A DNA stretch of 58,831 nt from a bacterium (GCA_027490575.1 JAIXXV010000031.1:1-58831); one strand, 5' to 3'. Counted from the stretch's first letter, positions 1-10,170 are shown. The notes: generated by a model not told the origin, from the letters alone. A program made the numbers and translations.

Positions 1-56
1 CTGCTACCTGCTACCTGCTACCTGCTACCTGCTACCTGCTACCTGCTACCTGCTAC
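1..56 (-). repeat. Perfect heptanucleotide tandem array. (CTGCTAC)x8 on the + strand equals (CAGGTAG)n in the sense of the adjacent minus-strand gene. Truncated by the window edge.
   Basis: Read directly: 8 identical 7-nt units from nt 1. The TAG stop of ORF 46..1239 (complement of nt 46-48) lies inside the array. Confidence 0.95.
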
Positions 57-1239
57 CTGTGATCTGCATCGTGTACCTTACTCCAAGTAACATAAGTGCT
101 CCAGCTATAAAGAATACGTATTTGATATCCAAAAAGACCATAGTAATACCAGCGATAAAAGGAGTTATAAGATAGGGTAGAGCTCTGGTCATTCTGAAGA
201 AACTTATGTATCCTGCATTTGATGGACTTATATGTTTGAAGAAGTAGCTTTCACTTGATACTTCTACGAAGCTTGCCCCTATACGACTTGTGAACAAAAG
301 TGCCGCCCATAAAACAATACTTGAGTCTTGTATAAATGGTATCAACATGAAGCTACCTGCCATGATTATAAATCCTACAATCAAGATAAATTTCTCATCG
401 TGGTACTTGTCCTCCATACGCCCGATTGGTATTTGAAACAGTAAAAAGGGAAGTAACATTACGCTCAATATGATTCCTACCTCTGACCATGCAAATCCCA
501 TGTGGTTTACAAGGTATAGCGGGATGTAGACAACTGTAAACCCGTAAAACATGTGCAATAAAAACTGATCTAGAAAGACATCAAATATATTTTTATTTTT
601 ATAGAAGTTTAAAGCTGCCTCTTTGATAGATCTATCCTCGTACTTTTGATCTACAAATGATCTAAAGTTTGAAAGGACAAGTATCATGAAGGGTATCATG
701 AAAAATGCTGCAATAATATACACTTTCCAGTATTCTGACCCTGAAAGTATTAGACCTGTGATGAAAGGTGTCAGTATCGGAGGTATATTGTGAAGTGTCA
801 GATATGTACCTCTAATGCTACCCATCTCTTTGTTTTCGGCATATCTCTCGATGAATATATCCAAGCAATAAAACAGTGTAGGTCCTACAGCCTGATGCAA
901 TATAAATAGTAATGCAGCGGCAATAGGACTTGTGATAAATGCTAGTCCCACAAGTGATACAAGCTCAATGAAAGCAAGTGTCATCGTTAGCTTATAGTTA
1001 CCGTACCTTCTTAGGATTTTAGGTGCATAGATATAAACGATTATGTTGATCAGTGCTCCAATCGTGAAAAGATAACCTACCGTCTTTTCACTAAAATACT
1101 CAGAAAGATATGTTGAGTTTATAAAATATACAAAGAAATAATGAAATGACAGTATCAGTAATGATACGAATATCAACATTAAGGCTTGTAGATTTTTTAG
1201 TTTTCCGAATATTCTATCCATTACTATATTGTAACCCAA
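46..1239 (-). CDS. Polytopic membrane transporter, MFS-like
   Basis: 397 aa with about 12 hydrophobic segments in two halves. The cytoplasmic loop R-rich motif (PKILRRYGNYK) resembles MFS motif A. No other family signature was recognised. Confidence 0.6.
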   Translation of the reverse strand: MGYNIVMDRIFGKLKNLQALMLIFVSLLILSFHYFFVYFINSTYLSEYFSEKTVGYLFTIGALINIIVYIYAPKILRRYGNYKLTMTLAFIELVSLVGLAFITSPIAAALLFILHQAVGPTLFYCLDIFIERYAENKEMGSIRGTYLTLHNIPPILTPFITGLILSGSEYWKVYIIAAFFMIPFMILVLSNFRSFVDQKYEDRSIKEAALNFYKNKNIFDVFLDQFLLHMFYGFTVVYIPLYLVNHMGFAWSEVGIILSVMLLPFLLFQIPIGRMEDKYHDEKFILIVGFIIMAGSFMLIPFIQDSSIVLWAALLFTSRIGASFVEVSSESYFFKHISPSNAGYISFFRMTRALPYLITPFIAGITMVFLDIKYVFFIAGALMLLGVRYTMQITGSR

Positions 1240-1243
1240 AAAG

Positions 1244-3367
1244 CTATATACAGATAACCACAGGTATTACAATAGGTCTCTTTGCTGTGTGCTGGAATAT
1301 AAACTTACTAAGTGCATCAGAAACTTCGTCTTTTACATAGTCAATGTTTACAGGGTGCATACCTTCAGTAGTCTTTTCAATAACATCCTTTACCAAAAAT
1401 CTTGTTTCTCTAAGCAAGTCTTGTGACTCTCTCAAGTAAACAGAACCTCTAGAAATGATATCAGGAGACTTCTTTAGTTTACCAGTAGATGCATTTATCA
1501 ATGCTATAACTACGAATATACCGTCTTGTGATAGGACTTGTCTGTCTCTGATGACAACGTCTTGTATGTCACCGATAGTAAATCCATCCACCATAACAAC
1601 ATTGTCTGGAGCTTTATCAGCAAGTCTTACTAGTTTCTCTCCGTTATTTTGTATTTCTATGATAGTTCCGTTGTCAGGTACTACTATATGATCTGCAGGT
1701 AGGCCCATTTGCATTGCAAACTCAGCGTGTAGTTTTAGACGATAATGAGTTCCGTGAATAGGAATCATAAATCTAGGTTTTAGTTTTTTGTACAACCACT
1801 CAAGCTCACCTCTGTTGGCGTGACCAGTAGAGTGGATGAATACCTCAGACGTTCTATAGTGCATGATTCTAGCACCCATACGAGCTAGGTTATCTTTTAG
1901 TTTGTCTACCGCTCGCTCATTTCCCGGAATGATAGAAGCAGACAATAGTACAGTGTCTCTATTGCTTATCTTGAAGTGCTTGTAAGTACCATTTGACATA
2001 CGCATAAGTGCTGCAAACTCATCTCCTTGAGCACCCGTAGCAAGTACTACAATCTTATCTGGTGGGTAGTTCTCTATATCAGTTGGGGCGATGATCGTAC
2101 CTTTTTTGACAGTCAAAAATCCTGATTGGATTGCAATGTCAATGTTGTTTTTCATACTTCTACCCTCGATGATAACTTTCTTGCCATACTTTTCTGATGA
2201 CTCAACTATTTTTGCGATACGGTGGAAGTGAGAGGCGAACATACCTACTATAAGTCTTCCTTTGCTGTCTTTGATGATAGTGTCTAGGTTTTCTAGTACA
2301 AGTCTCTCAGGAGTAGAGAAGCCAGGGTTCTCGATGTTTGTTGATTCACCAAGTAGCATTAGAACTTTGTTTTTATCGAAAAATGAGTACAGCTCTTCTT
2401 CCTCTTTTGTAACAACTTCATCAACATGGTTTAGTTTGAAGTCTCCAGGGTTTACTACATATCCGTAAGGAGTTTCTATGGCAACACCGATAGAGTCAGA
2501 GATAGTGTGAGTAACACCGAAAAACTGTACTGACATATTTCCAATCTTAATACGATCATTTTGTTCAACAATACGATAATCTATTGGCTCAAGATGAGGG
2601 AATTCAGACTGTCTCTTTTTTACCATGAGGGCAGTAAGGTTTCTCGTGTACATGGGAGGATTTCCAATACGATCCATGATGTAAGGGATACCACCGATGT
2701 GGTCGAGGTGACCGTGAGTGATGATGATACCTTTGATTCTAGACTTTCTTTCTTCTAGGTACTTTGTGTTTGGAAGTATGTAGTCGACTCCAGGAGTACC
2801 TTCTTCACTGAAAGCAAAACCAGCATCAATAACCAAGATGTCGTCACCAATCTCTATAGCTGTCATGTTCATGCCAATTTTTTCAACACCACCTAGAGGG
2901 ATGATACGGATGTTACCATCAGCAGGTGGTTTTATGTGCATAGACTCTGCAACCTTTGGCATATTGCCAGTAAGCTTTCGCTTTGGTGGTTCAGGTCGTC
3001 TCATCATTTTATTTCTTCTGTTTCCACCACTTCCACCAGAAGATTTTCTTGCAGGTGAAGCACTGTTACCATTTCCTGCACCAGCAGTATTCACACTTGA
3101 ATTCATACGCGCAACAGGGGTTGTAATAGTAGGGCGGAGTGAGTTTGTAGATCTAGGTGCAGGGGCAACTTGAGTAGGCCGTGATGCATTTGCTACAGGT
3201 GGAGCTATAACTGGTTTAGTTATAGGTGCAATCTGTGGACGATTGTCTATTTTTCTACTGAAACTTCGATGAGCACCTTCAGTATTTTGTCTTTGGTTTG
3301 AAGGTCTTCCGTGAAATGGTCGACGAACTCCATTGTTGTTTGTATTGTTATTGTTACTATTTATCAT
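1244..3367 (-). CDS. rnj: Ribonuclease J (metallo-beta-lactamase/beta-CASP RNase) with a roughly 150-aa low-complexity N-terminal extension
   Basis: HxHxDH motif (THGHLDHIGG). Conserved RNase J-like blocks IIPLGGVEKIGMNMT, GDFK and HSTGHA. The N-terminus is rich in N/Q/P/R/S. Confidence 0.85.
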   Translation of the reverse strand: MINSNNNNTNNNGVRRPFHGRPSNQRQNTEGAHRSFSRKIDNRPQIAPITKPVIAPPVANASRPTQVAPAPRSTNSLRPTITTPVARMNSSVNTAGAGNGNSASPARKSSGGSGGNRRNKMMRRPEPPKRKLTGNMPKVAESMHIKPPADGNIRIIPLGGVEKIGMNMTAIEIGDDILVIDAGFAFSEEGTPGVDYILPNTKYLEERKSRIKGIIITHGHLDHIGGIPYIMDRIGNPPMYTRNLTALMVKKRQSEFPHLEPIDYRIVEQNDRIKIGNMSVQFFGVTHTISDSIGVAIETPYGYVVNPGDFKLNHVDEVVTKEEEELYSFFDKNKVLMLLGESTNIENPGFSTPERLVLENLDTIIKDSKGRLIVGMFASHFHRIAKIVESSEKYGKKVIIEGRSMKNNIDIAIQSGFLTVKKGTIIAPTDIENYPPDKIVVLATGAQGDEFAALMRMSNGTYKHFKISNRDTVLLSASIIPGNERAVDKLKDNLARMGARIMHYRTSEVFIHSTGHANRGELEWLYKKLKPRFMIPIHGTHYRLKLHAEFAMQMGLPADHIVVPDNGTIIEIQNNGEKLVRLADKAPDNVVMVDGFTIGDIQDVVIRDRQVLSQDGIFVVIALINASTGKLKKSPDIISRGSVYLRESQDLLRETRFLVKDVIEKTTEGMHPVNIDYVKDEVSDALSKFIFQHTAKRPIVIPVVICI

Positions 3368-3369
3368 TT

Positions 3370-3404
3370 TTCTAATTGTTAATTTTAATTTCTAATTGTT
3401 AATT
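3370..3404. repeat. 20-bp-period direct repeat (ttctaattgttaatt x2) built from TAATTNN heptamers, directly upstream of the rnj start
   Basis: Identical 15-mers at 3370-3384 and 3390-3404. Confidence 0.85.
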
Positions 3405-3440
3405 CTTTTTTGTCTGTCTATCTGATTTTTTCTGTCGGAT

Positions 3441-3461
3441 AATTCTTAATTCTTAATTCTG
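3441..3461 (-). repeat. Heptamer array AATTCTT/AATTCTT/AATTCTG on the + strand. It contains the TAA stop of the solute-binding-protein gene.
   Basis: Three tandem 7-nt units read directly. The stop codon (complement of 3453-3455) lies inside unit 2. Confidence 0.85.
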
Positions 3462-5180
3462 TTGGGTTTGCTCGGCGAACATTTTCCAAACTCTTTCAGT
3501 TTCTGTATACCATTGATGAACATTTGAAAATCTTTCTGACACTGAAGTCATCTTTGATAATTTTATATTTTTTACATTACCATTTGTTGCGTATATGTAG
3601 TTGGGTGAAAACAAAAACACAGCTGGTATATCATTTTGCACTTCTGTCTGGAATATCTTTCTTGCCTCTATGATTTTTGCTTCGTCCGATGTACTGCGCA
3701 ATGTTTCGAGTGCTTTATCTGCTTTTATATTTGTATACAAAGAGATATTTAATCCAGGGTCATTACGTTCTGATGAGTGCCAAAATGGATATAGGTCCAG
3801 GTCTCTTCCAATGATGTTTCCAAAAAGTAGGGCTTGATACTCTCTTGGCCTTATAACTCTTTGAGTTAGATCAGATGGTTCGAATATCTCTAATGTAACA
3901 TCGGCTCCAAGTTTTGTCCACGTTTCTTTTAACATCTCTGCTGATCTTTTTAGTTCAGGAACATCTGATGTTGATATTGAGAAAGAAAGTTTCTGTATTG
4001 ATTTAGATTTACCGCTGGTTATTTCTTTTTCAAAAACACCATCTTCTCCGATTTTCCAACCCTTTGCTATTAATATCTGTCTACCTTCTTCTATAAGCGA
4101 TTCTGATTGTTGTAACTGGTCACTGTTGCTGGTCATGCCATCTTCTGAAGAAAGCGCAAACGGCACAGGTCCAGACTCAGGGGTGCCCCATCCAGAAAGA
4201 ACATCATTTATAATATCAACCCTGTTTGCAGAAACATTTAAAGCTTGTCTAACTTCTCTGTTTAGTAAAACTGTAGATTTATTCTGATTGAAGAATAATG
4301 CAAATATTCTCGGTAGGGGAGATTCGATGAATGTCTTATTGTCATTTTTAATACTCTCTGCCAAATCTGCCGTTACGCCACCTAGTGCATCAATACTACC
4401 GTCTTTGTATGCATCAAAGGCTTCCTGCTCATTTTTATAAAATTTAACTCTGAAGTTTTTTATGTATGCTTGCCCGAGTGCATATGACTTAAATGGTGCA
4501 AGATCATAATGCTGATAAATACCCTCACTGTCTTTGAATGTTTTCTTTATCATAAAAGGTCCTGAACCTACAGGCTCTCTGTTTAGTGAATGAACATCAA
4601 ATATTTGCGCATCAATATCTTTCCAAAGGTGAAGAGGTAGTATTCCAAAAGTAAGGTTTTCTAGAAAAGGAGCATAAGGCTTCTGCAAAATAAATTTTAT
4701 TTGAGTGATACTTATCTTTTCAACTTTAACACCATTCCAAATATCAATCTTTGGACTCTTGATCAAAGGATCACGCATCTTTTCAATAGTAAACTCTATG
4801 TCGTCAGTTGTTAGTGGTGTACCATCGTGAAATGTTAAATCATCTTTAATGTTGAATGTGTATTCTAGTCCGTCATCAGACATTTCCCATGATTCTGCAA
4901 TGTTTCCAGTGAGTTCTCCATCAGTTGATGGAATAAGCAGTCCTGAATATAAAAGCGCTACCATATCTCTATCCGCATCTGTATAAGCAAGTACTGGGTT
5001 TATGAATCTTGCAAAACCTACGACACCTTCCGTGTATGAACCACCTTGAACTGGTCTTTCAACCGAGTATTTTTTGTTTAATGTGTCTAGTAAATATAGA
5101 GATGATAGTACAAAAAGTACTGAAAAAACCAAGAATATCAGTCTTTCCGTTGGTCGGAGAGAGTTAATTATTTTTTTCAC
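3453..5180 (-). CDS. ABC transporter substrate-binding protein, family 5 (peptide/nickel type), membrane-anchored
   Basis: 575 aa. N-terminal signal-anchor (LIFLVFSVLFVLSSLYLL). Length and blocks (LTFHDGTPLTTDDIEFT, RQALNVSANR) are typical of OppA/DppA-like SBPs. GTG start. Confidence 0.7.
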   Translation of the reverse strand: MKKIINSLRPTERLIFLVFSVLFVLSSLYLLDTLNKKYSVERPVQGGSYTEGVVGFARFINPVLAYTDADRDMVALLYSGLLIPSTDGELTGNIAESWEMSDDGLEYTFNIKDDLTFHDGTPLTTDDIEFTIEKMRDPLIKSPKIDIWNGVKVEKISITQIKFILQKPYAPFLENLTFGILPLHLWKDIDAQIFDVHSLNREPVGSGPFMIKKTFKDSEGIYQHYDLAPFKSYALGQAYIKNFRVKFYKNEQEAFDAYKDGSIDALGGVTADLAESIKNDNKTFIESPLPRIFALFFNQNKSTVLLNREVRQALNVSANRVDIINDVLSGWGTPESGPVPFALSSEDGMTSNSDQLQQSESLIEEGRQILIAKGWKIGEDGVFEKEITSGKSKSIQKLSFSISTSDVPELKRSAEMLKETWTKLGADVTLEIFEPSDLTQRVIRPREYQALLFGNIIGRDLDLYPFWHSSERNDPGLNISLYTNIKADKALETLRSTSDEAKIIEARKIFQTEVQNDIPAVFLFSPNYIYATNGNVKNIKLSKMTSVSERFSNVHQWYTETERVWKMFAEQTQQN

Positions 5181-5349
5181 GATTTAAGTATTAATTGATT
5201 AAGGAGGCTGTACTTATGAAATACAAATTAGTTAGCAGGAAAGAACACAATTTTTTGTATACCGTACACCTTATTTGATTGGATATGCACCTATGTCTAA
5301 CCTGTATGTGCTACCTGAATGAGACTTACTATATGCGTAAGAAGTAAAC

Positions 5350-5583
5350 TTATGCGATTCTCAAAGCTATAAAAGCTGAAAGTACGAAAAGTACAGCTAT
5401 AACAATAGTTGCTACAAACAAAGTCTTTTCAAATCCTCTACGAGTTCTCCATGTAGAAACAGAGTCATTACCACCACCAAAAGCACCACCTGCACCAGCT
5501 TCAGATTGCTGAAGTAGTACCGCGATAACTAGTAGTACGGCTAGGACTATTTGAATAATAGGTAGAATGGTTTGCATTTCCAT
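5350..5583 (-). CDS. secG: Preprotein translocase subunit SecG
   Basis: Two TM helices flank a Gly-rich loop (LLQQSEAGAGGAFGGG). The start is set at the internal Met (MEMQTIL), which follows a TAATAT -10-like box. The ORF track extends to 5622. Confidence 0.8.
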   Translation of the reverse strand: MEMQTILPIIQIVLAVLLVIAVLLQQSEAGAGGAFGGGNDSVSTWRTRRGFEKTLFVATIVIAVLFVLSAFIALRIA

Positions 5584-5664
5584 CGATGTGTACATATTAG
5601 CAGATGGGGGATTTTTTGGCAACTAACTGCAAAAACATCATATATATGATATAGTCACTATATT

Positions 5665-6657
5665 ATGTCATTTATAGACGAGATATCAGTACATATCAGC
5701 GCCGGAAGGGGTGGAAACGGTGTTGTTAGGTGGTTGCATGAAAAGTTCAAAGAGTTCGGAGGTCCCGCTGGAGGAAACGGAGGACGTGGTGGTTTTGTGT
5801 ATGTTAGGGGTGTAAAAGATTCACTTTTGCTTGCCAAGTACAAGCATACTAAGGAGTTCAATGCTCAAAACGGTCAAGCTGGCGCAAGTCATAGTAAACA
5901 CGGTGCTAACGGAGAAGACCTATATATAGATCTACCAGTAGGAAGTGTTATCAAGAACCTGTCAACAGGTGATGTATACAGACTCGAAGAAGAGGGTCAA
6001 GAAATACTCATTCTCAAAGGAGGAAACGGAGGATATGGAAACGAGCACTTCAAAGGTCCTACGAATCAAACACCTGAAGAGTGGACTCCTGGAAAAGATG
6101 CTGAGGAAGCAGACTTCTATATAGAGGTTGAGCTTATCGCTGATATTGGACTTATAGGTTTGCCCAATGCTGGTAAGTCGTCACTGCTAAACTCATTAAC
6201 AAAAGCAAATGTAAAAGTCGGTGCATATCAGTTTACAACTCTAGAACCAAACCTTGGAAGTCTATATGGACTTATACTCGCTGACATCCCAGGACTTATC
6301 GAGGGTGCATCAGAAGGCAAAGGTCTCGGTCACAAGTTTTTGCGACATATTAGACGTACAAAAAAACTCATACACTGTATCTCACTTGAAAACTCAGTCG
6401 AGGAAGTTGTTGCTGTATACAAAACCATCAGAGCTGAGCTAGAAAGTTATGATCCAGAACTTGCTCAAAAAGAGGAAATGATTTTGCTTACAAAAACAGA
6501 TGTCGTGCATCCAGACGAACTACAAGAGAGACTTGTTGATATTAAAAATGCAATGCCAGAGTGGAAAGACAAAGAGGTACAGGCTATCTCTATATATGAC
6601 ATAGACGCATTAAAAAATCTCGCAGATTTTTTGACTAAGGACATGCACAAGGCTTAA
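5665..6657 (+). CDS. obg: GTPase Obg
   Basis: Gly-rich Obg fold (GRGGNGVV, GGPAGGNGGRGG, GGNGGYGN). G1 GLPNAGKSS, G3 DIPGLIEGA, G4 TKTD. Confidence 0.93.
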   Translation: MSFIDEISVHISAGRGGNGVVRWLHEKFKEFGGPAGGNGGRGGFVYVRGVKDSLLLAKYKHTKEFNAQNGQAGASHSKHGANGEDLYIDLPVGSVIKNLSTGDVYRLEEEGQEILILKGGNGGYGNEHFKGPTNQTPEEWTPGKDAEEADFYIEVELIADIGLIGLPNAGKSSLLNSLTKANVKVGAYQFTTLEPNLGSLYGLILADIPGLIEGASEGKGLGHKFLRHIRRTKKLIHCISLENSVEEVVAVYKTIRAELESYDPELAQKEEMILLTKTDVVHPDELQERLVDIKNAMPEWKDKEVQAISIYDIDALKNLADFLTKDMHKA

Positions 6658-6757
6658 ACAGCCAAGGTCGGCGCACACTCGGAACGTCTGACTGTGCTAG
6701 AAATTAATAAAATATATAATAGTAAAAAATAGTAAAATCGGGGTAAAATATAAACAT

Positions 6758-8419
6758 ATGGAAATCATCAGACCAAATGGAAAAAAATACTATCCAGTTA
6801 TAGGACTTGAAATACACGCTGAACTAAAGACGAACTCTAAGATGTTTTGTTCTTGTCGTAATAACCCTGATGAGGAAACGCCAAACAAAAACATTTGCTC
6901 TATATGTCTCGGCCATCCAGGAACTCTTCCTACATTAAACAAGCAAGCTATAAAGCATGTTTTGAAAGTCGGCCACGCTATAGGTTCAAACATCGCCGAT
7001 TTTACTGAATGGGATCGTAAGAACTATTTTTATCCTGACATACCAAAAGGCTATCAGATAAGTCAGTTTGCATACCCACTTATCACAGGTGGAAGTATCT
7101 ACGTTAAAGGCGATCCAAAAGACATAGATCCTGAAACAGGAAAAGTTCGCATGCAAAAAGTTGATCTTACACGTATTCACTTAGAGGAAGACACTGCTAG
7201 CTCGACGCATGATTCACCAAAGGACGCACAAGGAAATTCATTTAGTCTTGTTGATTTTAATCGAGCAGGACTTCCTTTGATGGAGCTTGTAACTGAGCCT
7301 GTTATATATGATGCAAAGACTGCATCAAACTTTGCAAAAGAGCTGCAGCTCCTTTTACGTTCACTAGGAGCAGGGGAGGCAAATATGGAAAAAGGTGAGA
7401 TGCGTGTTGAGGCAAATATTTCAGTATCTGAAAACCCGGCTGCGCATACTCTGCCATCAGATTTCAAAACATTTGGAAAAAAAGTAGAAGTAAAAAACTT
7501 AAACTCATTCAAATCAGTAGAAAGAGCTATCGAGTTTGAGATAGATAGACACATAGACATATTTGAGCAGAGAGCTGTAGAGATAGAAGCAGGCAGATTA
7601 TCAGCTGATGCCGATCAAGATACTTTGAAGTCATTAGGACTTGCTATCATACAAGAGACGAGAGGTTTTGATGAGACTACAGGTAAAACATTCTCACAAA
7701 GGGCAAAAGAAGATTCCCATGACTATAGATATTTTCCAGACCCAGATCTTCCAAAGTTAATGATTTCTGAAATACCTGAGTTTGCACCTGAGATTTTGAA
7801 GTCAGAGCTGAAAGCATTACCTTGGGATTTGCGTGCAAAATACATCGGTGAATTTGAAATGAAAGAAGAGGACGCTGAAATGTTTGTACAAAATTCAGAG
7901 TTCAGAGATTTCTTTGAAGCTGTTGCAGAAAAACTAAAAGATAAAGAAAAAATAAAACTCGCTATCAACTATATAACATCTGACATTGCAGGCTTTGTAA
8001 AAAAGTTTTCAGTTGAAGGTGTAAGTAATGGCATAAATATACCAGCAGATATTTTTGTCGACACTATAGAGATGATTGCAAAAGGTGAGTTGGTTTCAAG
8101 AGGTGCAAAAGATTTGATTGCTTTGTTTTGGCAAGGGGTTGATGTTGCCTCACAAGTTTCAGGACAAGGTTCGCTTGCTGGAAAAACCGCAAAACAAATT
8201 GCTGAAGAAAATGGCTTCATACAAAAAAATGATCCCGAAGCTCTTGCAAAGATGGTGTCTGAAATAGTAGATGCAAATCCAAGTGTAGTGGCAGACTATA
8301 AGGCGGGTAAGGAAGCAGCACTAATGTTCTTTGTTGGTCAGATTATGAAGATGACAAAAGGTTCAGTAAATCCTCAACTTGCCAAAGATGCTATTTTAGA
8401 AAAACTTAAGAATATTTAA
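6758..8419 (+). CDS. gatB: Asp/Glu-tRNA amidotransferase subunit B
   Basis: N-terminal GatB signature YYPVIGLEIHAELKT..KMFCSC..CLGHPGTLP. C-terminal YqeY/GatB tail domain (FFVGQIMKMTKG). No gatA or gatC is adjacent. Confidence 0.92.
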   Translation: MEIIRPNGKKYYPVIGLEIHAELKTNSKMFCSCRNNPDEETPNKNICSICLGHPGTLPTLNKQAIKHVLKVGHAIGSNIADFTEWDRKNYFYPDIPKGYQISQFAYPLITGGSIYVKGDPKDIDPETGKVRMQKVDLTRIHLEEDTASSTHDSPKDAQGNSFSLVDFNRAGLPLMELVTEPVIYDAKTASNFAKELQLLLRSLGAGEANMEKGEMRVEANISVSENPAAHTLPSDFKTFGKKVEVKNLNSFKSVERAIEFEIDRHIDIFEQRAVEIEAGRLSADADQDTLKSLGLAIIQETRGFDETTGKTFSQRAKEDSHDYRYFPDPDLPKLMISEIPEFAPEILKSELKALPWDLRAKYIGEFEMKEEDAEMFVQNSEFRDFFEAVAEKLKDKEKIKLAINYITSDIAGFVKKFSVEGVSNGINIPADIFVDTIEMIAKGELVSRGAKDLIALFWQGVDVASQVSGQGSLAGKTAKQIAEENGFIQKNDPEALAKMVSEIVDANPSVVADYKAGKEAALMFFVGQIMKMTKGSVNPQLAKDAILEKLKNI

Positions 8420-8475
8420 TATCTTAGAACTTTTAAAGCTTGCCTACGGTTAATATTGATATATAATATTTGTAT

Positions 8476-9036
8476 ATGGCAAAATTAAACATCACTGAAC
8501 AAGAAGCATCACCAGAAAATATTTCTAGTGCTCAAAATATTACTGAACCTATAAAAAGAAAAGGCAAAAAGAAATTTACAAGTTTTGTAATTTTCATTCT
8601 ATTCATTGCGGTACTAGTCCTAGGATATGGTTATTATCAAAAAAAGACAGAGCTAAAGCTTATCAAGGATCCAAAAGCTCAATCTGAGCTAGCTAAAAAA
8701 GAGGCAATGGAAATAACAGAAAAGCTAAAAGAAATTGTTATCCTGCCAAGTACTGATGAGATACCGGAAATTTTGACAATCAATGATGCTGAGCTTGCAG
8801 TAAAAGAACAAGCAAACCTTGAAGGTGTTGTAAATGGAGACAAGATACTACTTTACTCTAAAGCGGGCAAAGCATACATATATAGCCCATCGAGAAACAT
8901 TTTAGTAAACATATTGCCGGTATCAATGCAAAGGCAACAGGCTACTGCTGAAAATCAGCCACAACCGAGTGCTCAACCAAAAGCAACATCGACAACTACT
9001 CCAAAGGCTCCAGCTGAAACGGAAAGCGACAATTAA
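8476..9036 (+). CDS. Hypothetical single-pass membrane protein
   Basis: One TM (FVIFILFIAVLVLGYGYY). ATG at 8476 lies 9 nt after a TGATATAAT box. Followed by a strong terminator. Confidence 0.55.
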   Translation: MAKLNITEQEASPENISSAQNITEPIKRKGKKKFTSFVIFILFIAVLVLGYGYYQKKTELKLIKDPKAQSELAKKEAMEITEKLKEIVILPSTDEIPEILTINDAELAVKEQANLEGVVNGDKILLYSKAGKAYIYSPSRNILVNILPVSMQRQQATAENQPQPSAQPKATSTTTPKAPAETESDN

Positions 9037-9043
9037 AACACTA

Positions 9044-9074
9044 GAAACCCATACAAAGTATGGGTTTCTTTTAT
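9044..9074 (+). terminator. Intrinsic terminator
   Basis: 11-bp perfect stem gaaacccatac/gtatgggtttc, 3-nt loop, then TTTTAT. Confidence 0.85.
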
Positions 9075-9136
9075 ATTAGTTGAGATGTTATAATTGAGTG
9101 CATACAATTATAATTAACAGTATAAATACAGACATA

Positions 9137-10165
9137 ATGACAAAGACAAAAGTAGCCATAAACGGAGCCGGTAGAATAGGTAGAGCTTTTTTAAAACTAG
9201 CAGTAGAGAGACCTGAACTCGAAGTCGTAGCTATAAACGATCTTGCTGATATCAAAAATATTGCTTACTTGATGAAATACGATAGTGCTTATGGTAGAAG
9301 TAACCTAGATATCAAGGCTGATTCTGAAAAAAGCGTTTTGAATATAAATGGTAACGAAGTTGTATATCTAAGTGAAAAGGACCCTGCGCTTTTGCCATGG
9401 GCAAAACTTGGAGTAGACATAGTACTCGAGTCTACTGGTTTCTTTACTTCATATGAAAAGGCTAGTGCGCATATCACCGCAGGTGCAAAGAGAGTGGTGC
9501 TATCAGCACCAGCAAAAGATGAAGCTGGTGGTCCACAAGCATCCACTGTACTTATGGGCATAAATGTAGATGACATATCTAAGTCACCTATAACCTCAAA
9601 CGCATCTTGTACTACAAACGCTGCAAGTCCACTCATCTCTATACTCCACGAAAAGATTGGTATAGAAAAAGCTATCCTAAACACCACTCATGCTTATACT
9701 GCTAGTCAGTCACTGGTAGATGCACCCAACAAAAAAGACTGGAGAGAGGGCCGGGCTGCAGCTATGAACCTTGCACCATCAACTACAGGTGCTGCTATAG
9801 CAACTACAAAAGTCATCACTGACTTGGCTGGAAAGTTTGATGGTATATCGGTTAGAGTTCCTGTTGTTACAGGTTCGCTTGTAGATATCACATTTATCTC
9901 AAAGAGAGAAACAACTGTAGAAGAGGTAAACTCAATACTTCGTGAAGCATCAGCGAGTGATAGATGGAAAGGTATTTTCGAAGCTACAGATGAAGAGCTA
10001 GTATCTAGAGACATAGTTGGAAATCCTCACGCATCAATCGCAGATCTAAAGATGACAAAGGTTGTAGATGGAAACCTTGTAAAGGTATTGGCTTGGTATG
10101 ACAATGAAGGCGGGTATACTCACGCTCTAGTTCAACACGTTGTTGAAGCTACAAAGCATTTATAA
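9137..10165 (+). CDS. gap: Glyceraldehyde-3-phosphate dehydrogenase, type I
   Basis: Rossmann motif INGAGRIGR and catalytic SNASCTTN. The start is moved to the internal Met (MTKTKVAING). Confidence 0.93.
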   Translation: MTKTKVAINGAGRIGRAFLKLAVERPELEVVAINDLADIKNIAYLMKYDSAYGRSNLDIKADSEKSVLNINGNEVVYLSEKDPALLPWAKLGVDIVLESTGFFTSYEKASAHITAGAKRVVLSAPAKDEAGGPQASTVLMGINVDDISKSPITSNASCTTNAASPLISILHEKIGIEKAILNTTHAYTASQSLVDAPNKKDWREGRAAAMNLAPSTTGAAIATTKVITDLAGKFDGISVRVPVVTGSLVDITFISKRETTVEEVNSILREASASDRWKGIFEATDEELVSRDIVGNPHASIADLKMTKVVDGNLVKVLAWYDNEGGYTHALVQHVVEATKHL

Positions 10166-10170
10166 ACCAA

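Noticed and set aside
6718-6737. A 10-bp tandem duplication (aatagtaaaa x2) upstream of gatB
   Set aside because: There are only two copies in AT-rich promoter DNA, consistent with chance or simple slippage. It is not part of the 7-nt families.
6790-8220. Antisense ORFs inside gatB (6790..6993, 6986..7180, 7177..7560, 7723..7968, 7969..8220), and similar shadow ORFs inside pheT, groEL, murJ, the 1427-aa repeat region, the GT2 gene and others
   Set aside because: They lie entirely within and opposite strongly supported conserved genes. They are low-complexity or Ser/Cys/Phe-rich and have no start signals. They are typical shadow ORFs.
9098-9136. N-terminal extensions in the ORF track for gap, secG, rpmE, rpsB, groES, rplY, pfkB, tkt-C and the 122-aa ORF
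   Set aside because: The extensions lack homology to the expected protein N-termini. They run across promoter boxes or terminator hairpins. Internal Met codons match the conserved N-termini and the -10-to-ATG spacing rule.
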